Of a stretch of 64,000 bases of DNA, positions 47,510 through 57,900 are shown in pieces. Under the pieces are notes generated by a model. It was not told where the DNA came from. It searched no databases and worked only from the letters and a program-made list of their open reading frames with translations. Position numbers and translations under genes: made by a program. The stretch comes from Parcubacteria group bacterium GW2011_GWC2_48_17 (GTDB lineage: Bacteria > Patescibacteriota > Minisyncoccia > Phycocordibacterales > UBA10002): the NCBI GenBank assembly GCA_001003605.1, contig LCPL01000010.1, forward strand, positions 1,528 through 65,527, read 5' to 3'. The stretch's first letter is position 1; each line of letters opens with the position of its first letter.

Positions 47510-48616
47510 ATGACCGGCCAATCCATTGCCATTGGGAAAAAGAAAATCGGTCCGGGGAACCCCGTATTCATCATCGCGGAAGCGGGGGTGAATCATAATG
47601 GGGAGCTTCTGCTTGCCAAAAAGCTTATTGACGCCGCTGCCAAAGCGGGAGCGGATGCGGTGAAGTTCCAAACCTTTAATCCGGACATACTCGTGACCAG
47701 GGATGCCGCGAAGGCCGCCTACCAAGTGCGAAATGAAATGAAAGGGCAAAATCCCTCCCCCTCGCAGACTCGGGTACTCCCTTTAGGAAAGGGAGAATCC
47801 CAGTACGCGATGTTGAAGCGCCTCATGTTGCCGCGAAAGCATCATCGCGCGCTCAAGCGCTACGCGGAGAAAAGAGGACTCATATTTCTTTCCACACCGT
47901 TTTCGTTTGATGACGCGCTGTTTTTGAAAAAGCTTGGCGTTCCGGCACTGAAGATTGCCTCAAGCGACGCGAACAATCTTCCGCTTCTTTTAGAGCTCGC
48001 AAAGTGGAAACTCCCGATTATTCTCTCGACGGGCATGACCGATATGTCCGAGGTGCGCGAGGCGGTAGCGACCGTCAAAAAGGCCGGAAACGCGAAACTG
48101 ATTCTTTTGCATTGCACCTCTAACTACCCGACGCAGTTTTCTGAAGCAAATTTGCGGGCGATTGAAACGCTACGAAAAGAATTTGGTCTGCCAATCGGTT
48201 TTTCCGACCACACCATTGGAAACATTGCTGCAGTCGCGGCCGTTGCTCTAGGCGCTTCGGTCATTGAAAAACATTTCACTCTTGATAGGAATCTTTCTGG
48301 TCCCGACCACAAAGCATCGCTTGAACCCGATGAACTTCGCAATTTCGTGAAGAATATAAGGAATATTGAAACAGCGCTCGGGACGGGAGAAAAAATCCCC
48401 AGCGCCAGCGAGAAAAAGAATGCAAAAGTTTCGCGCAAGAGTATTGTTGCCGCGCGCGACATTAGGAAGGGGGAGAAATTCACCGCGGGCAACCTTACCG
48501 TTAAGCGTCCCGGCACAGGACTTTTGCCAAAAAATCTCGATAAGATTATCGGTGCTCGCGCTATGCGTAACATTGTGGCTGATACGCTCATATCCAACCA
48601 TGATTACAAAACGTAA
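47510..48616 (+). CDS. neuB: N-acylneuraminate/nonulosonate synthase (NeuB/PseI/LegI family) with a C-terminal SAF domain
   Basis: PVFIIAEAGVNHNGEL and FSDHTIGN motifs; contains an unusual insertion, roughly residues 75-105. Confidence 0.85.
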   Translation: MTGQSIAIGKKKIGPGNPVFIIAEAGVNHNGELLLAKKLIDAAAKAGADAVKFQTFNPDILVTRDAAKAAYQVRNEMKGQNPSPSQTRVLPLGKGESQYAMLKRLMLPRKHHRALKRYAEKRGLIFLSTPFSFDDALFLKKLGVPALKIASSDANNLPLLLELAKWKLPIILSTGMTDMSEVREAVATVKKAGNAKLILLHCTSNYPTQFSEANLRAIETLRKEFGLPIGFSDHTIGNIAAVAAVALGASVIEKHFTLDRNLSGPDHKASLEPDELRNFVKNIRNIETALGTGEKIPSASEKKNAKVSRKSIVAARDIRKGEKFTAGNLTVKRPGTGLLPKNLDKIIGARAMRNIVADTLISNHDYKT

Positions 48617-49748
48617 AAAGATAGCCTATATCTCCGGCACGCGCGCCGATTTCGGCCTTATGACGCCGGTTCTAAAAGCGATTGAGCAAAGCGGCAAACT
48701 TTCGTTGCAGCTCTATGTTACCGGCATGCACCTTATGCCTGAATTCGGAGAGACAAAAAAATTGGTACAGAAAGAATTTTCCGGAACAAAAACTATTACA
48801 GCGATTTTCGAGGACGATTCCAGAGCGTCCCTCGCTCGCTTCTGCGCGTCGCTCCTTCCTAAAATCACGCAGTCGTTTGAGAAGGATAGGCCTGATTTCG
48901 TCCTACTCTTTGGCGATAGGCCCGAAATGCTCTGCGTCGCAGTGGCCTGCCTCTATCTCGGCATACCGACAGGACACTTTCAGGGCGGAGAGATAAGCGC
49001 TACGGTTGACGGCATTACGCGGCACGCACTCACCAAATTATCCTCTTTGCATTTTCCAGCCACGAAGAAATCAGCGGCATTCATCGAGAAGATGGGGGAG
49101 GAAAAATGGCGAATCATACGAACCGGCGCTCCTGCGCTTGATGATATATTGGGCGCTGAACTCCCGAGCCGAAAAGAGCTTCTAAACGAGCTTGGTATTA
49201 CTTCACTCTCTACGCCCTTCATTCTTTTTGTACAGCATCCGTATTTTGAGGGAGGGGAGAGAGTAGAGAAACAAATCGCCGAGTCGCTCGCGGCAATCAA
49301 ATTATCCAAGCTCCCAATCGTTGCCATCTACCCGAATGCCGACCCGGGAGGGCGGAAGATAATCAAGATACTTGAACGGGAACGGGACAATCCTAAGTTC
49401 CATGTTTTTCGGAATGTGACGCACGCGCAGTTTCTCGCGCTCGAGCGGGAAGCGGGCGTTATGGTTGGCAATAGCAGTTCAGGGCTTATTGAAGCGATTG
49501 CATGGAGGACTCCCGTCGTTAATGTGGGCAGACGCCAATTTGACCGCGAGCGAGGGAAAAATGTCATAGATGCACCCGTGTCGAGAAAGGAAATCGCGCG
49601 AGCAATAAAAAAAGCACTCTACGACAAAAGATTTCTGGCAAAACTTCGTCGCGCAGAAAACCCATGGGGAAACGGAGGAGTCGGTAAACGCGTCGTTTCC
49701 GTGTTAGAGCATTTGCGGATTGACGAACGACTTCTCATTAAAAAATAG
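48600..49748 (+). CDS. neuC: UDP-N-acetylglucosamine 2-epimerase (hydrolysing), NeuC/LegG-like
   Basis: KIAYISGTRADFGLMTPVL and LLFGDRPEML motifs; the track ORF starts at 48366, and the realistic start MITKRKK is at about 48600. Confidence 0.8.
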   Translation: MITKRKKIAYISGTRADFGLMTPVLKAIEQSGKLSLQLYVTGMHLMPEFGETKKLVQKEFSGTKTITAIFEDDSRASLARFCASLLPKITQSFEKDRPDFVLLFGDRPEMLCVAVACLYLGIPTGHFQGGEISATVDGITRHALTKLSSLHFPATKKSAAFIEKMGEEKWRIIRTGAPALDDILGAELPSRKELLNELGITSLSTPFILFVQHPYFEGGERVEKQIAESLAAIKLSKLPIVAIYPNADPGGRKIIKILERERDNPKFHVFRNVTHAQFLALEREAGVMVGNSSSGLIEAIAWRTPVVNVGRRQFDRERGKNVIDAPVSRKEIARAIKKALYDKRFLAKLRRAENPWGNGGVGKRVVSVLEHLRIDERLLIKK

Positions 49749-49752
49749 CATT

Positions 49753-50694
49753 ATGACAAAAAAGACGCAGAAAGTATTTGTGACTGGCGCGGGCGGATTT
49801 CTTGGTTCGCACCTTTGCGACGCGTTCCTTCTGCAAGGTTACGCGGTTTTCGGAACCACTCATGAAGACGACTCGCGCGTCGCTCATCTTCGTGGCAACA
49901 AAGATTTTAAGGCAATTGAGCTTGATTTTACGAACGAGCGCGAGATGGCATACACTCTCGCCGATATTATGCCGGACGCCGTGGTACACGCGGGCGCCTT
50001 GAATCCCAAAGAGCCGATAGCATCGCCCACTCCCTACTTCGAAGCAAATGAGCGCGGGACACTTACGGTTCTCGAGGCGGCGCGAAAAGCAAAGGTGCGG
50101 AAATTCGTCTATATCTCGTCAATGAGCGTGTATGATAAAAATAAACTCACGCTTCCGGTTTCGGAGGAACACCCAGTTTCTCCAAATGATTTTTACAGCG
50201 CCAGCAAATACGCAGGCGAGATGTGGTCTTTGCTATACGGAGAAACTCTCGGCCTGCAGGTCGCCGTCCTCAGGTGTTCCGGCATCTACGGTCCTCGAAG
50301 ACACTTTGGCGCGGTGAACAATTTCGTCAAAAACGCGCTTGCTCATAAACCCCTCACGATTGATCGCGCTATGGGATGGGATTTGGTGAATGTAAAAGAT
50401 GTGGCAATGGCCGTGGTACAATCGCTTAACGTTCTTGGCCGTCGCACATTCGATGTCTTTAATATAGGGAGCGGGGTTCTGACAAACATAGAAGAACTTG
50501 CGCGGCTTATTATCCGCGAGACTAACTCACGCTCCATTATTGCATTTGGTCCGGACTTTAAGAAAAAAACGCCATTTAATTTCTATTTCAATATCAACAA
50601 GGCGCGCAAACTCCTCCGTTTTGAGCCGTCTACCTTACAAGATGGCATACGAGATTATGTTAAAAGCTTAAAAGTCGAGGCAAACTCTACATGA
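49753..50694 (+). CDS. NAD-dependent epimerase/dehydratase (SDR)
   Basis: VFVTGAGGFLGSHL and YSASKYAGE. Confidence 0.75.
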   Translation: MTKKTQKVFVTGAGGFLGSHLCDAFLLQGYAVFGTTHEDDSRVAHLRGNKDFKAIELDFTNEREMAYTLADIMPDAVVHAGALNPKEPIASPTPYFEANERGTLTVLEAARKAKVRKFVYISSMSVYDKNKLTLPVSEEHPVSPNDFYSASKYAGEMWSLLYGETLGLQVAVLRCSGIYGPRRHFGAVNNFVKNALAHKPLTIDRAMGWDLVNVKDVAMAVVQSLNVLGRRTFDVFNIGSGVLTNIEELARLIIRETNSRSIIAFGPDFKKKTPFNFYFNINKARKLLRFEPSTLQDGIRDYVKSLKVEANST

Positions 50695-51809
50695 AAATAC
50701 CAGGCGCAAAACCATATTGTCCTGATATACCGGGTCTTCTTGCAAAGATGAAGGCGGTACTAGAGAGCGGGCGGCTCATACTTGGGCCTCGGAACGAAGA
50801 ACTGGAAAAAGAATTTGCAAAATATATCGGCGTCAAATACGCCGTTGCCGTGGCGACCTGTTCTGCCGCTCTTGAAATTGTCATGCGCTACGCCAAGGTC
50901 GCGGGCGGGGAAGTCATCGTCCCCGCAAACACCTTTGTCGCGTGCGGCAATACGGTGCTCTACGCCGGCGCGACTCCCATTTTTGCCGAAACGGAAAAAG
51001 AAAGTTGTTGCCTCTCTCTGCAAGGAGTCACGCAAAAAATCACGCCGAAAACCAAAGCCGTTATGGCGGTACATCTTTCGGGTCTCCCAATGCCGGAAAT
51101 AAACGAGCTTCGCGCTCTTTGCCGAGCACAGCAATTATTTTTGATAGAGGACTGCTCTCACGCGCACGGCGCTACGACTCACGGGCAGAAAGTAGGAAGC
51201 ATTGGAGACGCGGGGTGTTTCAGTCTATTTGCCACAAAAATCATCACCTCCGGCGTTGGCGGCATTATTACCACGAACGACCCCGAACTTTTGCGTTTCG
51301 CGCGAAGTGTGCGGCATCAGGGAGAAGAGGGAGGGATCGAGAACATCGTCAATCTCGGCAACGATTGGCTGATGGACGAGATGCGCGCGACCTTCGCTCT
51401 CCATGAGCTAAACTTTCTTGAGGAAATTATCAAAGAAAGAAACAGCATAGCGGAGAAATATCGAGCGCGCATAGCGCGTATGCCGCACATCCTGTCAAAC
51501 GCCGTTCCAAGTAACATTAGGCACAGTTACTATAAGTTCTTGGCGACGCTTGACGAAACAGTGGATAAAGACAAACTCGTGCAGAGCATGAAAAAAGCGG
51601 GAATTGAGATGAACACGCTATACTCGAAGACCATTTATAATCATCAGGCGTATCAACAGATGGGCTTTTCCAGGAATCAATGTCCTGTTACGGAAGAAAT
51701 CATGAAGCACCAGATTGCCCTACCCATCTACTTTGGAATGACCGACGAGGAAATCACATACCTTATGGATACGCTCGAGGCGGGCATTTTGGAGCATACC
51801 AACGCATGA
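50691..51809 (+). CDS. DegT family sugar aminotransferase
   Basis: SLFATKIITSG (PLP-Lys) and NDWLMDEMRA. Confidence 0.85.
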   Translation: MKIPGAKPYCPDIPGLLAKMKAVLESGRLILGPRNEELEKEFAKYIGVKYAVAVATCSAALEIVMRYAKVAGGEVIVPANTFVACGNTVLYAGATPIFAETEKESCCLSLQGVTQKITPKTKAVMAVHLSGLPMPEINELRALCRAQQLFLIEDCSHAHGATTHGQKVGSIGDAGCFSLFATKIITSGVGGIITTNDPELLRFARSVRHQGEEGGIENIVNLGNDWLMDEMRATFALHELNFLEEIIKERNSIAEKYRARIARMPHILSNAVPSNIRHSYYKFLATLDETVDKDKLVQSMKKAGIEMNTLYSKTIYNHQAYQQMGFSRNQCPVTEEIMKHQIALPIYFGMTDEEITYLMDTLEAGILEHTNA

Positions 51810-52495
51810 GAGTGACTATACATCAGCCCGAATACCTTCCATACCTCGGTTTTTTTGACCGGCTTCTTCATGCCGACACTTTTGTACTTTTGGACACGGC
51901 GCAATTCCAGAGAGGCGGGTTCATCAATCGGAACAGAATCAAAACTCCGAAAGGCTCCCAATGGCTTACGGTCCCGATTGTAGGGAGAAAGAAGGATGTG
52001 AAGAAAAGCATACAGTCGGTTCGCATAGATAGCGAGAAGCCATGGCAGGAGGAGCACATACGGGCGATTGAATTAAACTATAAAAAAGCGCCCCACTTTC
52101 AAGAATTCTTTCCAGATTTGCGTGAGCTCCTTTTACGAAAGTGGGAGGGAATATCGGAGCTCGACAGCACTCTTATCGAATGGGTCGTTACTTTATTTGG
52201 ACTCAGCATACACATGGTACAGTCTTCTGCACTATCGATTACCGGCTCCGCAACAGACCAACTCGTGAGCATCTGCGCTGAACTTGGCGCCGATACCTAC
52301 GTCTCCGGGCCGGGGGGCAGAAACTATTTAGAGATGGATAAATTTTCAAGGGCCGGCATCAAGGTAGACTTCCACAATTTCGAGCATCCAATATATGAAC
52401 AGCGGTTCGGTGGAACATTTGAGCCCAACCTATCGGTTATAGACTATATCTTTAACTGTGGTCCGCGTTTACCCGCTAAAACAAAGAGTTCATGA
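51806..52495 (+). CDS. WbqC-like family protein
   Basis: MRVTIHQPEYLPYLGFFDRL...DTAQFQRGGFINRNRI matches the N-terminal pattern of the WbqC family; the realistic start is at 51806. Confidence 0.6.
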   Translation: MRVTIHQPEYLPYLGFFDRLLHADTFVLLDTAQFQRGGFINRNRIKTPKGSQWLTVPIVGRKKDVKKSIQSVRIDSEKPWQEEHIRAIELNYKKAPHFQEFFPDLRELLLRKWEGISELDSTLIEWVVTLFGLSIHMVQSSALSITGSATDQLVSICAELGADTYVSGPGGRNYLEMDKFSRAGIKVDFHNFEHPIYEQRFGGTFEPNLSVIDYIFNCGPRLPAKTKSS

Positions 52496-53151
52496 ATATT
52501 CTTGTTATTGCTCCGCATGGAGATGATGAAGTGCTCGGTGTGGGGGGCACTTTGGCAAAGCATGCGAGAGCGGGGGACACGCTCTTCCGCTCCATCATAA
52601 CCAAAACCTATCCGCCGGATTGGCCGGAGTCTTTTCAGAAAGAACGCGAAAAAGAAATCGCTCGCTCCGGAAAGATTCTTCATATTAAGAAGACTTTTTC
52701 ACTCGGCTTTCCAACCGTGAAGCTCGACACTATTCCGCAAAAGGAACTCAATGACCGTCTGTCCGAGATAGTAAAAGAAGTGAAGCCAGACATTGTATAC
52801 ACGCCGAGCGGAAAAGACTTGAACCGCGACCACCGTCTCGTTTTTGAAGCAACACTCGTCGCTACTCGTCCGGTTCCTGGAAGTTCGGTGCAAAAGCTCC
52901 TCTGCTACGAAGTCGTTTCGGAAACCGAGTGGGGGAGAAGTTTCGGCGTGTTTAGTCCCACCTATTATGTGCCGCTTACAAAGGATGACATTCGTTTGAA
53001 ATTAGACGCCATGAAGATGTATCAAAGCGAACTGCGGCAGTTTCCGCATCCGCGGTCTCTTGAGGTTCTTGAAATGCACGCGAAACTTCGCGGCTCTGAA
53101 ATTGGCTGTCAATTTGCGGAGGCGTTTGAGCTTATCCGCTTGATTGCGTAG
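52492..53151 (+). CDS. PIG-L/LmbE family deacetylase
   Basis: VIAPHGDDEVLGVGGT motif. Confidence 0.8.
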   Translation: MNILVIAPHGDDEVLGVGGTLAKHARAGDTLFRSIITKTYPPDWPESFQKEREKEIARSGKILHIKKTFSLGFPTVKLDTIPQKELNDRLSEIVKEVKPDIVYTPSGKDLNRDHRLVFEATLVATRPVPGSSVQKLLCYEVVSETEWGRSFGVFSPTYYVPLTKDDIRLKLDAMKMYQSELRQFPHPRSLEVLEMHAKLRGSEIGCQFAEAFELIRLIA

Positions 53152-53254
53152 CGGTGCCTTGATGCACTCCCAGACAAGGAAAGAGACCTCCTGTCTTGTT
53201 TTGTCGTTTAGCAAACAAATCAGCCATTACTGTAGTTATCTATATGGCTATACC

Positions 53255-53662
53255 ATGGCTCATAAACGCTTTAACAAGTGGGAAATGCCGCACATAGAGC
53301 ACGGTAAACCGACCAAATGGAATTGGTTGGTTTTGTATCCCGATGGCCTTACGCTTGGGAGTCATACCGATATCGGAGCGTACACTTTGCTCGTGGCAAA
53401 GCACGGTATAGAGATCGAGGATGAGGTGCAGATCGGTTCGCACTGCGCTATCTATTCGTACTCCACAATCGACGGTAAAGCGGGGAAGGTCGTATTAAAG
53501 AAAAATTGTCGCGTCGGGACGCACAGTTCAGTTATGCCCGGCGTGACAATCGGGGAGAATTCTATCGTAGGCGCTCACAGTTTCGTCATTAAGGACGTTC
53601 CACCAAACACTACAGTGGTGGGGGTGCCAGCGAAACCCATAAAGAAACTGAATAACTTATGA
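53255..53662 (+). CDS. hexapeptide-repeat (left-handed beta-helix) acetyltransferase
   Basis: Repeated [LIV]G..x.I hexapeptides and GAHSFVIKDV; the realistic start is at 53255. Confidence 0.7.
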   Translation: MAHKRFNKWEMPHIEHGKPTKWNWLVLYPDGLTLGSHTDIGAYTLLVAKHGIEIEDEVQIGSHCAIYSYSTIDGKAGKVVLKKNCRVGTHSSVMPGVTIGENSIVGAHSFVIKDVPPNTTVVGVPAKPIKKLNNL

Positions 53663-53726
53663 CGCATAACTGAATAACAGAGAAGTCTTTCAAGTTATTC
53701 AGTTATAGGTTATTCAGTGATACGTT

Positions 53727-54860
53727 ATGGTCATTATACATTACCCGCTCGCAAAACCGCACATCGGAAAAGAAGAGGAACGAGCGGTACTTAAAACGCT
53801 TCGCTCCGGCGTTCTTAGCATGGGTCCCGCCATAACGGAGTTTGAGAAGCGTTTTGCCAGATTTGTTGGAACAAAATACGCCGTGGCTGTTTCAAGCGGA
53901 ACGGCGGGCTTGCACCTTGCACTTATCGGCGCGGGCATCAAAGAGGGAGATGAGGTTATCACCTCGCCGTTTTCGTTTGTCGCCTCTGCGAACGCGATTT
54001 TGTATGTCGGAGCGACACCGGTATTTACAGATGTTGACCCGAATACCTTCAACATTGACCCTATGGGTATCGAAAAGAAAATCACTCCGCGAACGAAGGC
54101 TATCCTAGTCGTGCATATCTTCGGGCAATCGGCAGACATGAACCAAATTCTCGCGTTGGCAAGGAAGCACAAACTCAAAATCATTGAAGACGCGTGCGAA
54201 AGTTTAGGCGCGACTTATAAGGGCGGGGAAAACGGCATAGCGCGGATGGTGGGTACGTTTGGCGAGTCAGGAGTCTTCGCGTTTTATCCTAATAAACAAA
54301 TGACCACAGGAGAAGGCGGGATGATAGTGACGAATAGCAAGAAACTCTGTGCTCTCCTTCGGAGTCTCCGCAATCAAGGACGCGGAAAGAATATGCAATG
54401 GCTTTCACACGAGCGGCTGGGGTACAATTACCGGATGGATGAGATGAGCGCGGCGCTCGGTCTAGTCCAGCTCCGGAAAATCCGATTTCTTATACGCGAG
54501 CGTCAAAAAATAGCCGTCTGGTATCACCGTTTTCTATCGAAGCAGGCCTGCGGCATACAGCCGCTTAAGGTGGCAATTGGCAATACAAATACCTGGTTTG
54601 TCTATCCTGTACTCCTTCCTAGCGGCGTCAATAGAAATAGCGTAGTAGAGCGCATGGAAAAGCGCGGGATAAACACCAAGCCGTATCTTCCCTCCATCCA
54701 TCTATTCGGCTTTTATAAAAAGCGATTCGGTTTCAAGAAAGGGGATTTCCCGATATCCGAAGAAGTGAGCGAGCGCGTACTCGCGCTTCCGTTTTATATA
54801 GGACTTACTAAGAATGACATAGGACTTATCGTAGACGCGTTAACAGAGTCATTAGCCTAG
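53727..54860 (+). CDS. DegT family aminotransferase (PseC/PglE-like)
   Basis: AFYPNKQMTTGEGG (PLP-Lys) and GYNYRMDEMSAALG. Confidence 0.85.
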   Translation: MVIIHYPLAKPHIGKEEERAVLKTLRSGVLSMGPAITEFEKRFARFVGTKYAVAVSSGTAGLHLALIGAGIKEGDEVITSPFSFVASANAILYVGATPVFTDVDPNTFNIDPMGIEKKITPRTKAILVVHIFGQSADMNQILALARKHKLKIIEDACESLGATYKGGENGIARMVGTFGESGVFAFYPNKQMTTGEGGMIVTNSKKLCALLRSLRNQGRGKNMQWLSHERLGYNYRMDEMSAALGLVQLRKIRFLIRERQKIAVWYHRFLSKQACGIQPLKVAIGNTNTWFVYPVLLPSGVNRNSVVERMEKRGINTKPYLPSIHLFGFYKKRFGFKKGDFPISEEVSERVLALPFYIGLTKNDIGLIVDALTESLA

Positions 54861-54865
54861 TTTGT

Positions 54866-55900
54866 ATGCGGAATATATTTAAAGGGAAAACCATTTTAGT
54901 CACCGGCGGCACCGGTTCCATCGGTTCGGAAATAGTGCGTCAGCTACTTAGAATGAAGCCAAAATCCATTCGCGTCTTTGCGCGGCACGAAGACCGTCAT
55001 CACCAGCTGATGCAGGAACTCGCGAAGCATGCGGACACGGTACGCTTTGTTGTCGGCGACATACGAGACAAAGAACGGCTTATGCTTGCGATGGAGGGAG
55101 TGGATATCGTGTTCCACGCCGCGGCGCTAAAGCACGTGCCACTTTGCGAATACAATCCGTTTGAAGCGGTAAAGACCAACATAGTCGGCACGCAAAATGT
55201 GATTGAGGCGGCTCGCGCCGAGGGCGTCTCGCACGTCATCGGTATTTCCACCGATAAAGCCACTGAACCAGAGGGCGTACTCGGCGTTTCCAAACTCATG
55301 GCGGAGAAGTTGTTTCTATCAACCTATTTTTACAAAGGCAATACAAAAACAAAATTCACCTGCGTTCGTTTTGGCAATGTCTTGGGGAGCAGGGGGAGCA
55401 TCCTCTCTCTCATTAAGCGGCAAATCGCGCAGAATCAAAAAGTAACGGTCACCGACCCTAAAATGACACGCTTCCTTATGACGATTCCGCAAGCGGTATC
55501 GCTCCTCCTTGACACGGCCGCAAAAGGGAAAGGCCAGGAAATCTTTGTGTTAAAAATGCCATCCGTGCGTTTGGGCGATTTAATAGAAGAGGCCATCGGT
55601 TATTTCGCTCCGCTTTACGGAAAAAAGGCGTCGGAGGTCCGGACGGCTATCGTCGGTAAGCGAGACGGAGAGAAACTGCACGAGAAACTCCTCGCCGAAC
55701 ACGAAAGAGGGCTCGCGCTTGAAACCAAAGATTTGTACATTCTTACGCCACACAGAAGAGTGTCCGCGCTGTACAGGAAAATCTACAAGGCCAATCCTCT
55801 TCGTGCGGGCGACAAGAGCTTTTCTTCGGAGTACGCGCCGAAACTATCGCGAAAGGCATTACGCGCCCTTGTTTCAAGGGCCGCCAAGAGTTACTTGTAG
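54866..55900 (+). CDS. UDP-GlcNAc 4,6-dehydratase, polysaccharide biosynthesis protein CapD/PseB/PglF-like
   Basis: KTILVTGGTGSIGSEIVRQLL and FHAAALKHVPLCEYNP. Confidence 0.85.
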   Translation: MRNIFKGKTILVTGGTGSIGSEIVRQLLRMKPKSIRVFARHEDRHHQLMQELAKHADTVRFVVGDIRDKERLMLAMEGVDIVFHAAALKHVPLCEYNPFEAVKTNIVGTQNVIEAARAEGVSHVIGISTDKATEPEGVLGVSKLMAEKLFLSTYFYKGNTKTKFTCVRFGNVLGSRGSILSLIKRQIAQNQKVTVTDPKMTRFLMTIPQAVSLLLDTAAKGKGQEIFVLKMPSVRLGDLIEEAIGYFAPLYGKKASEVRTAIVGKRDGEKLHEKLLAEHERGLALETKDLYILTPHRRVSALYRKIYKANPLRAGDKSFSSEYAPKLSRKALRALVSRAAKSYL

Positions 55901-55952
55901 CGAAGATGGGGACTGCCGCCCGCTATTCGGGTGGGGAAAACGCGTAACCAAT

Positions 55953-57740
55953 ATGAGTTTTAACATCCTACGAAAAATCGGCAACCTGCTTTCCCTTTTT
56001 TACCGCACCTTTGGGGGGTACAAGTGGCACATCATGCTCATGGCGTTTTTGAGCTTTATTAGCGGCCTCTTAGAAGGCATCGGCGTCACGGCAATCATCC
56101 CTCTTTTTTCCGTCATCGGTGGCGGCGGAGGAGGACCCGAAGACAGCATCTCGCTTGCCATAGCGGCATTTTTTCGTTACCTCCATTTGCCGTTCACTCC
56201 CAAATTCCTCCTTTTCTTCATGGTCGCGCTTTTCTTTGCTAAGGCGCTCTTTTTGCTTCTTTCACAGCAGATTACTTCAAGGATTATGGCTGATTTCGAG
56301 AAGCGGATGAGAAGCAAACTGCTTTCTCTCACTTTTAACGCCAACTGGCCGTTTCTCTCTTCGCAAAGAGTCGGACACCTCGGACAGATGGTTATCACGG
56401 AGGTCTCCAACAGTTCCGCGATACTGTACTACTTAAGCAGCGCGATGCTCGTCTTGGCCAATCTGGTAATTTATACAGGATTGGTTTTTAATCTATCCGG
56501 AGTTGTGGCCGCGCTCGCGTTTCTTTCGGGGCTCGTCATCTTTTTCAGCTTTTTGCCCCTGCTTCGCACGACCAAAATCATCGCGGCCTCAATGGTTCGT
56601 CAGAACAAAAGAATCGCGCACTTCGCCGGCGAACATATTATCGGCGCCAAAACCCTAAAGTCCATGGCTCTTGAAGCGCCTGTGCTAAAAAGGGGAGACG
56701 GTCTGCTATCGACAATGAAGGCCCTTTATCTCCGGTCGTGCCTTTTAAAGAACATTACCGACGCTCTCCTACAACTCGTGGGAGTATTCTTTGTTGTCGG
56801 CCTATTCGCCTTTTTGTACAAGACGTCCGCGTTTGAATTCGCATCTTTCGCGGTGATGGTGTACGCACTCAACAAAATCATTACGAATGTCCAGTACACG
56901 CAGAATCACGCTCACGTTATCAGCGCTTCGATCCCGTATCTTGCGAGCATCGCGCGCTATGAAGATGAGGCAACGCAAAATCGGGAGGAAGACAGCGGCA
57001 TCGCTCCGTTTCGTCTTGAAAAGGAAATTGTTTTTAGGGACGTGGGTTTCGAGTATCGCTCCGATAAGCCATCCATTTCCCGCGTAAACCTATCAATCAA
57101 AAAAGGCGAGATGGTGGGACTCATCGGCCCATCAGGCGCCGGTAAGACGACGGTTGTTGACTTACTCCTGCGGCTTATCAAACCAAATACCGGAGCAATT
57201 ACTGTAGACGGCGTAGATATTTCCAGTGTGAATCTCGATGAATGGCGCTCTCAAATCGGATATATGTCGCAAGATGTCTTTCTGCTGAACGATACGATAG
57301 AAAATAACATCAGATTTTATTCCGCGGAAATAAGCGAGCAGGATATGATTCGCGCCGCGAAACTTGCGAATATCTATGATTTTGTGGTTAGCCAGCCGAA
57401 TGGATTTTCTACAGATGTGGGAGAAAGGGGGTTGTCGCTTTCGGTCGGACAACGCCAGAGAATCGCGCTCGCAAGAGTACTCGCGCGAAAGCCGCGCGTG
57501 CTTATTTTAGACGAAGCGACGAGCGCGCTTGATAATGAATCCGAAGCCCTTATACGAAAGTCCATGGAGGAACTGCGCAAGAAAATGACCATCATTGTAA
57601 TTGCCCACAAACTCTCGATCGTTTTGGGCGCCGACAGGCTCTTTATTCTTGATGGTGGTACTGTCGTCGAAGAAGGAAAACCGAGCGAACTGCTCAAAAA
57701 AGCAGATTCCCGCTTTTCCACGCTGCATGCTCGAAGTTAG
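55953..57740 (+). CDS. ABC exporter, fused permease plus ATPase (MsbA-like)
   Basis: 6-TM N-domain; Walker A GPSGAGKTT, ABC signature LSVGQRQRIA and Walker B ILDEATSALD. Confidence 0.85.
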   Translation: MSFNILRKIGNLLSLFYRTFGGYKWHIMLMAFLSFISGLLEGIGVTAIIPLFSVIGGGGGGPEDSISLAIAAFFRYLHLPFTPKFLLFFMVALFFAKALFLLLSQQITSRIMADFEKRMRSKLLSLTFNANWPFLSSQRVGHLGQMVITEVSNSSAILYYLSSAMLVLANLVIYTGLVFNLSGVVAALAFLSGLVIFFSFLPLLRTTKIIAASMVRQNKRIAHFAGEHIIGAKTLKSMALEAPVLKRGDGLLSTMKALYLRSCLLKNITDALLQLVGVFFVVGLFAFLYKTSAFEFASFAVMVYALNKIITNVQYTQNHAHVISASIPYLASIARYEDEATQNREEDSGIAPFRLEKEIVFRDVGFEYRSDKPSISRVNLSIKKGEMVGLIGPSGAGKTTVVDLLLRLIKPNTGAITVDGVDISSVNLDEWRSQIGYMSQDVFLLNDTIENNIRFYSAEISEQDMIRAAKLANIYDFVVSQPNGFSTDVGERGLSLSVGQRQRIALARVLARKPRVLILDEATSALDNESEALIRKSMEELRKKMTIIVIAHKLSIVLGADRLFILDGGTVVEEGKPSELLKKADSRFSTLHARS

Positions 57741-57754
57741 TAAAGCACAACCAC

Positions 57755-57900
57755 GATCCCGTTAGAGACCGCTTCGCAGTCTACGACTACTTCGCCACGG
57801 AAACGCACGATGAATAACCTTATGCACGCAGTATTAACAACTAGCATGTACAGAGAATCCTTCGCAAATAGGCGGAGCGTTTCCTGTCTCTAACGGGATG
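57755..57900 (+). promoter_or_regulatory. 5' leader element with 14-bp terminal inverted repeats ATCCCGTTAGAGAC / GTCTCTAACGGGAT, with the ATG embedded in the right arm
   Basis: Read directly; paralogous to 18083-18215. Confidence 0.55.
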
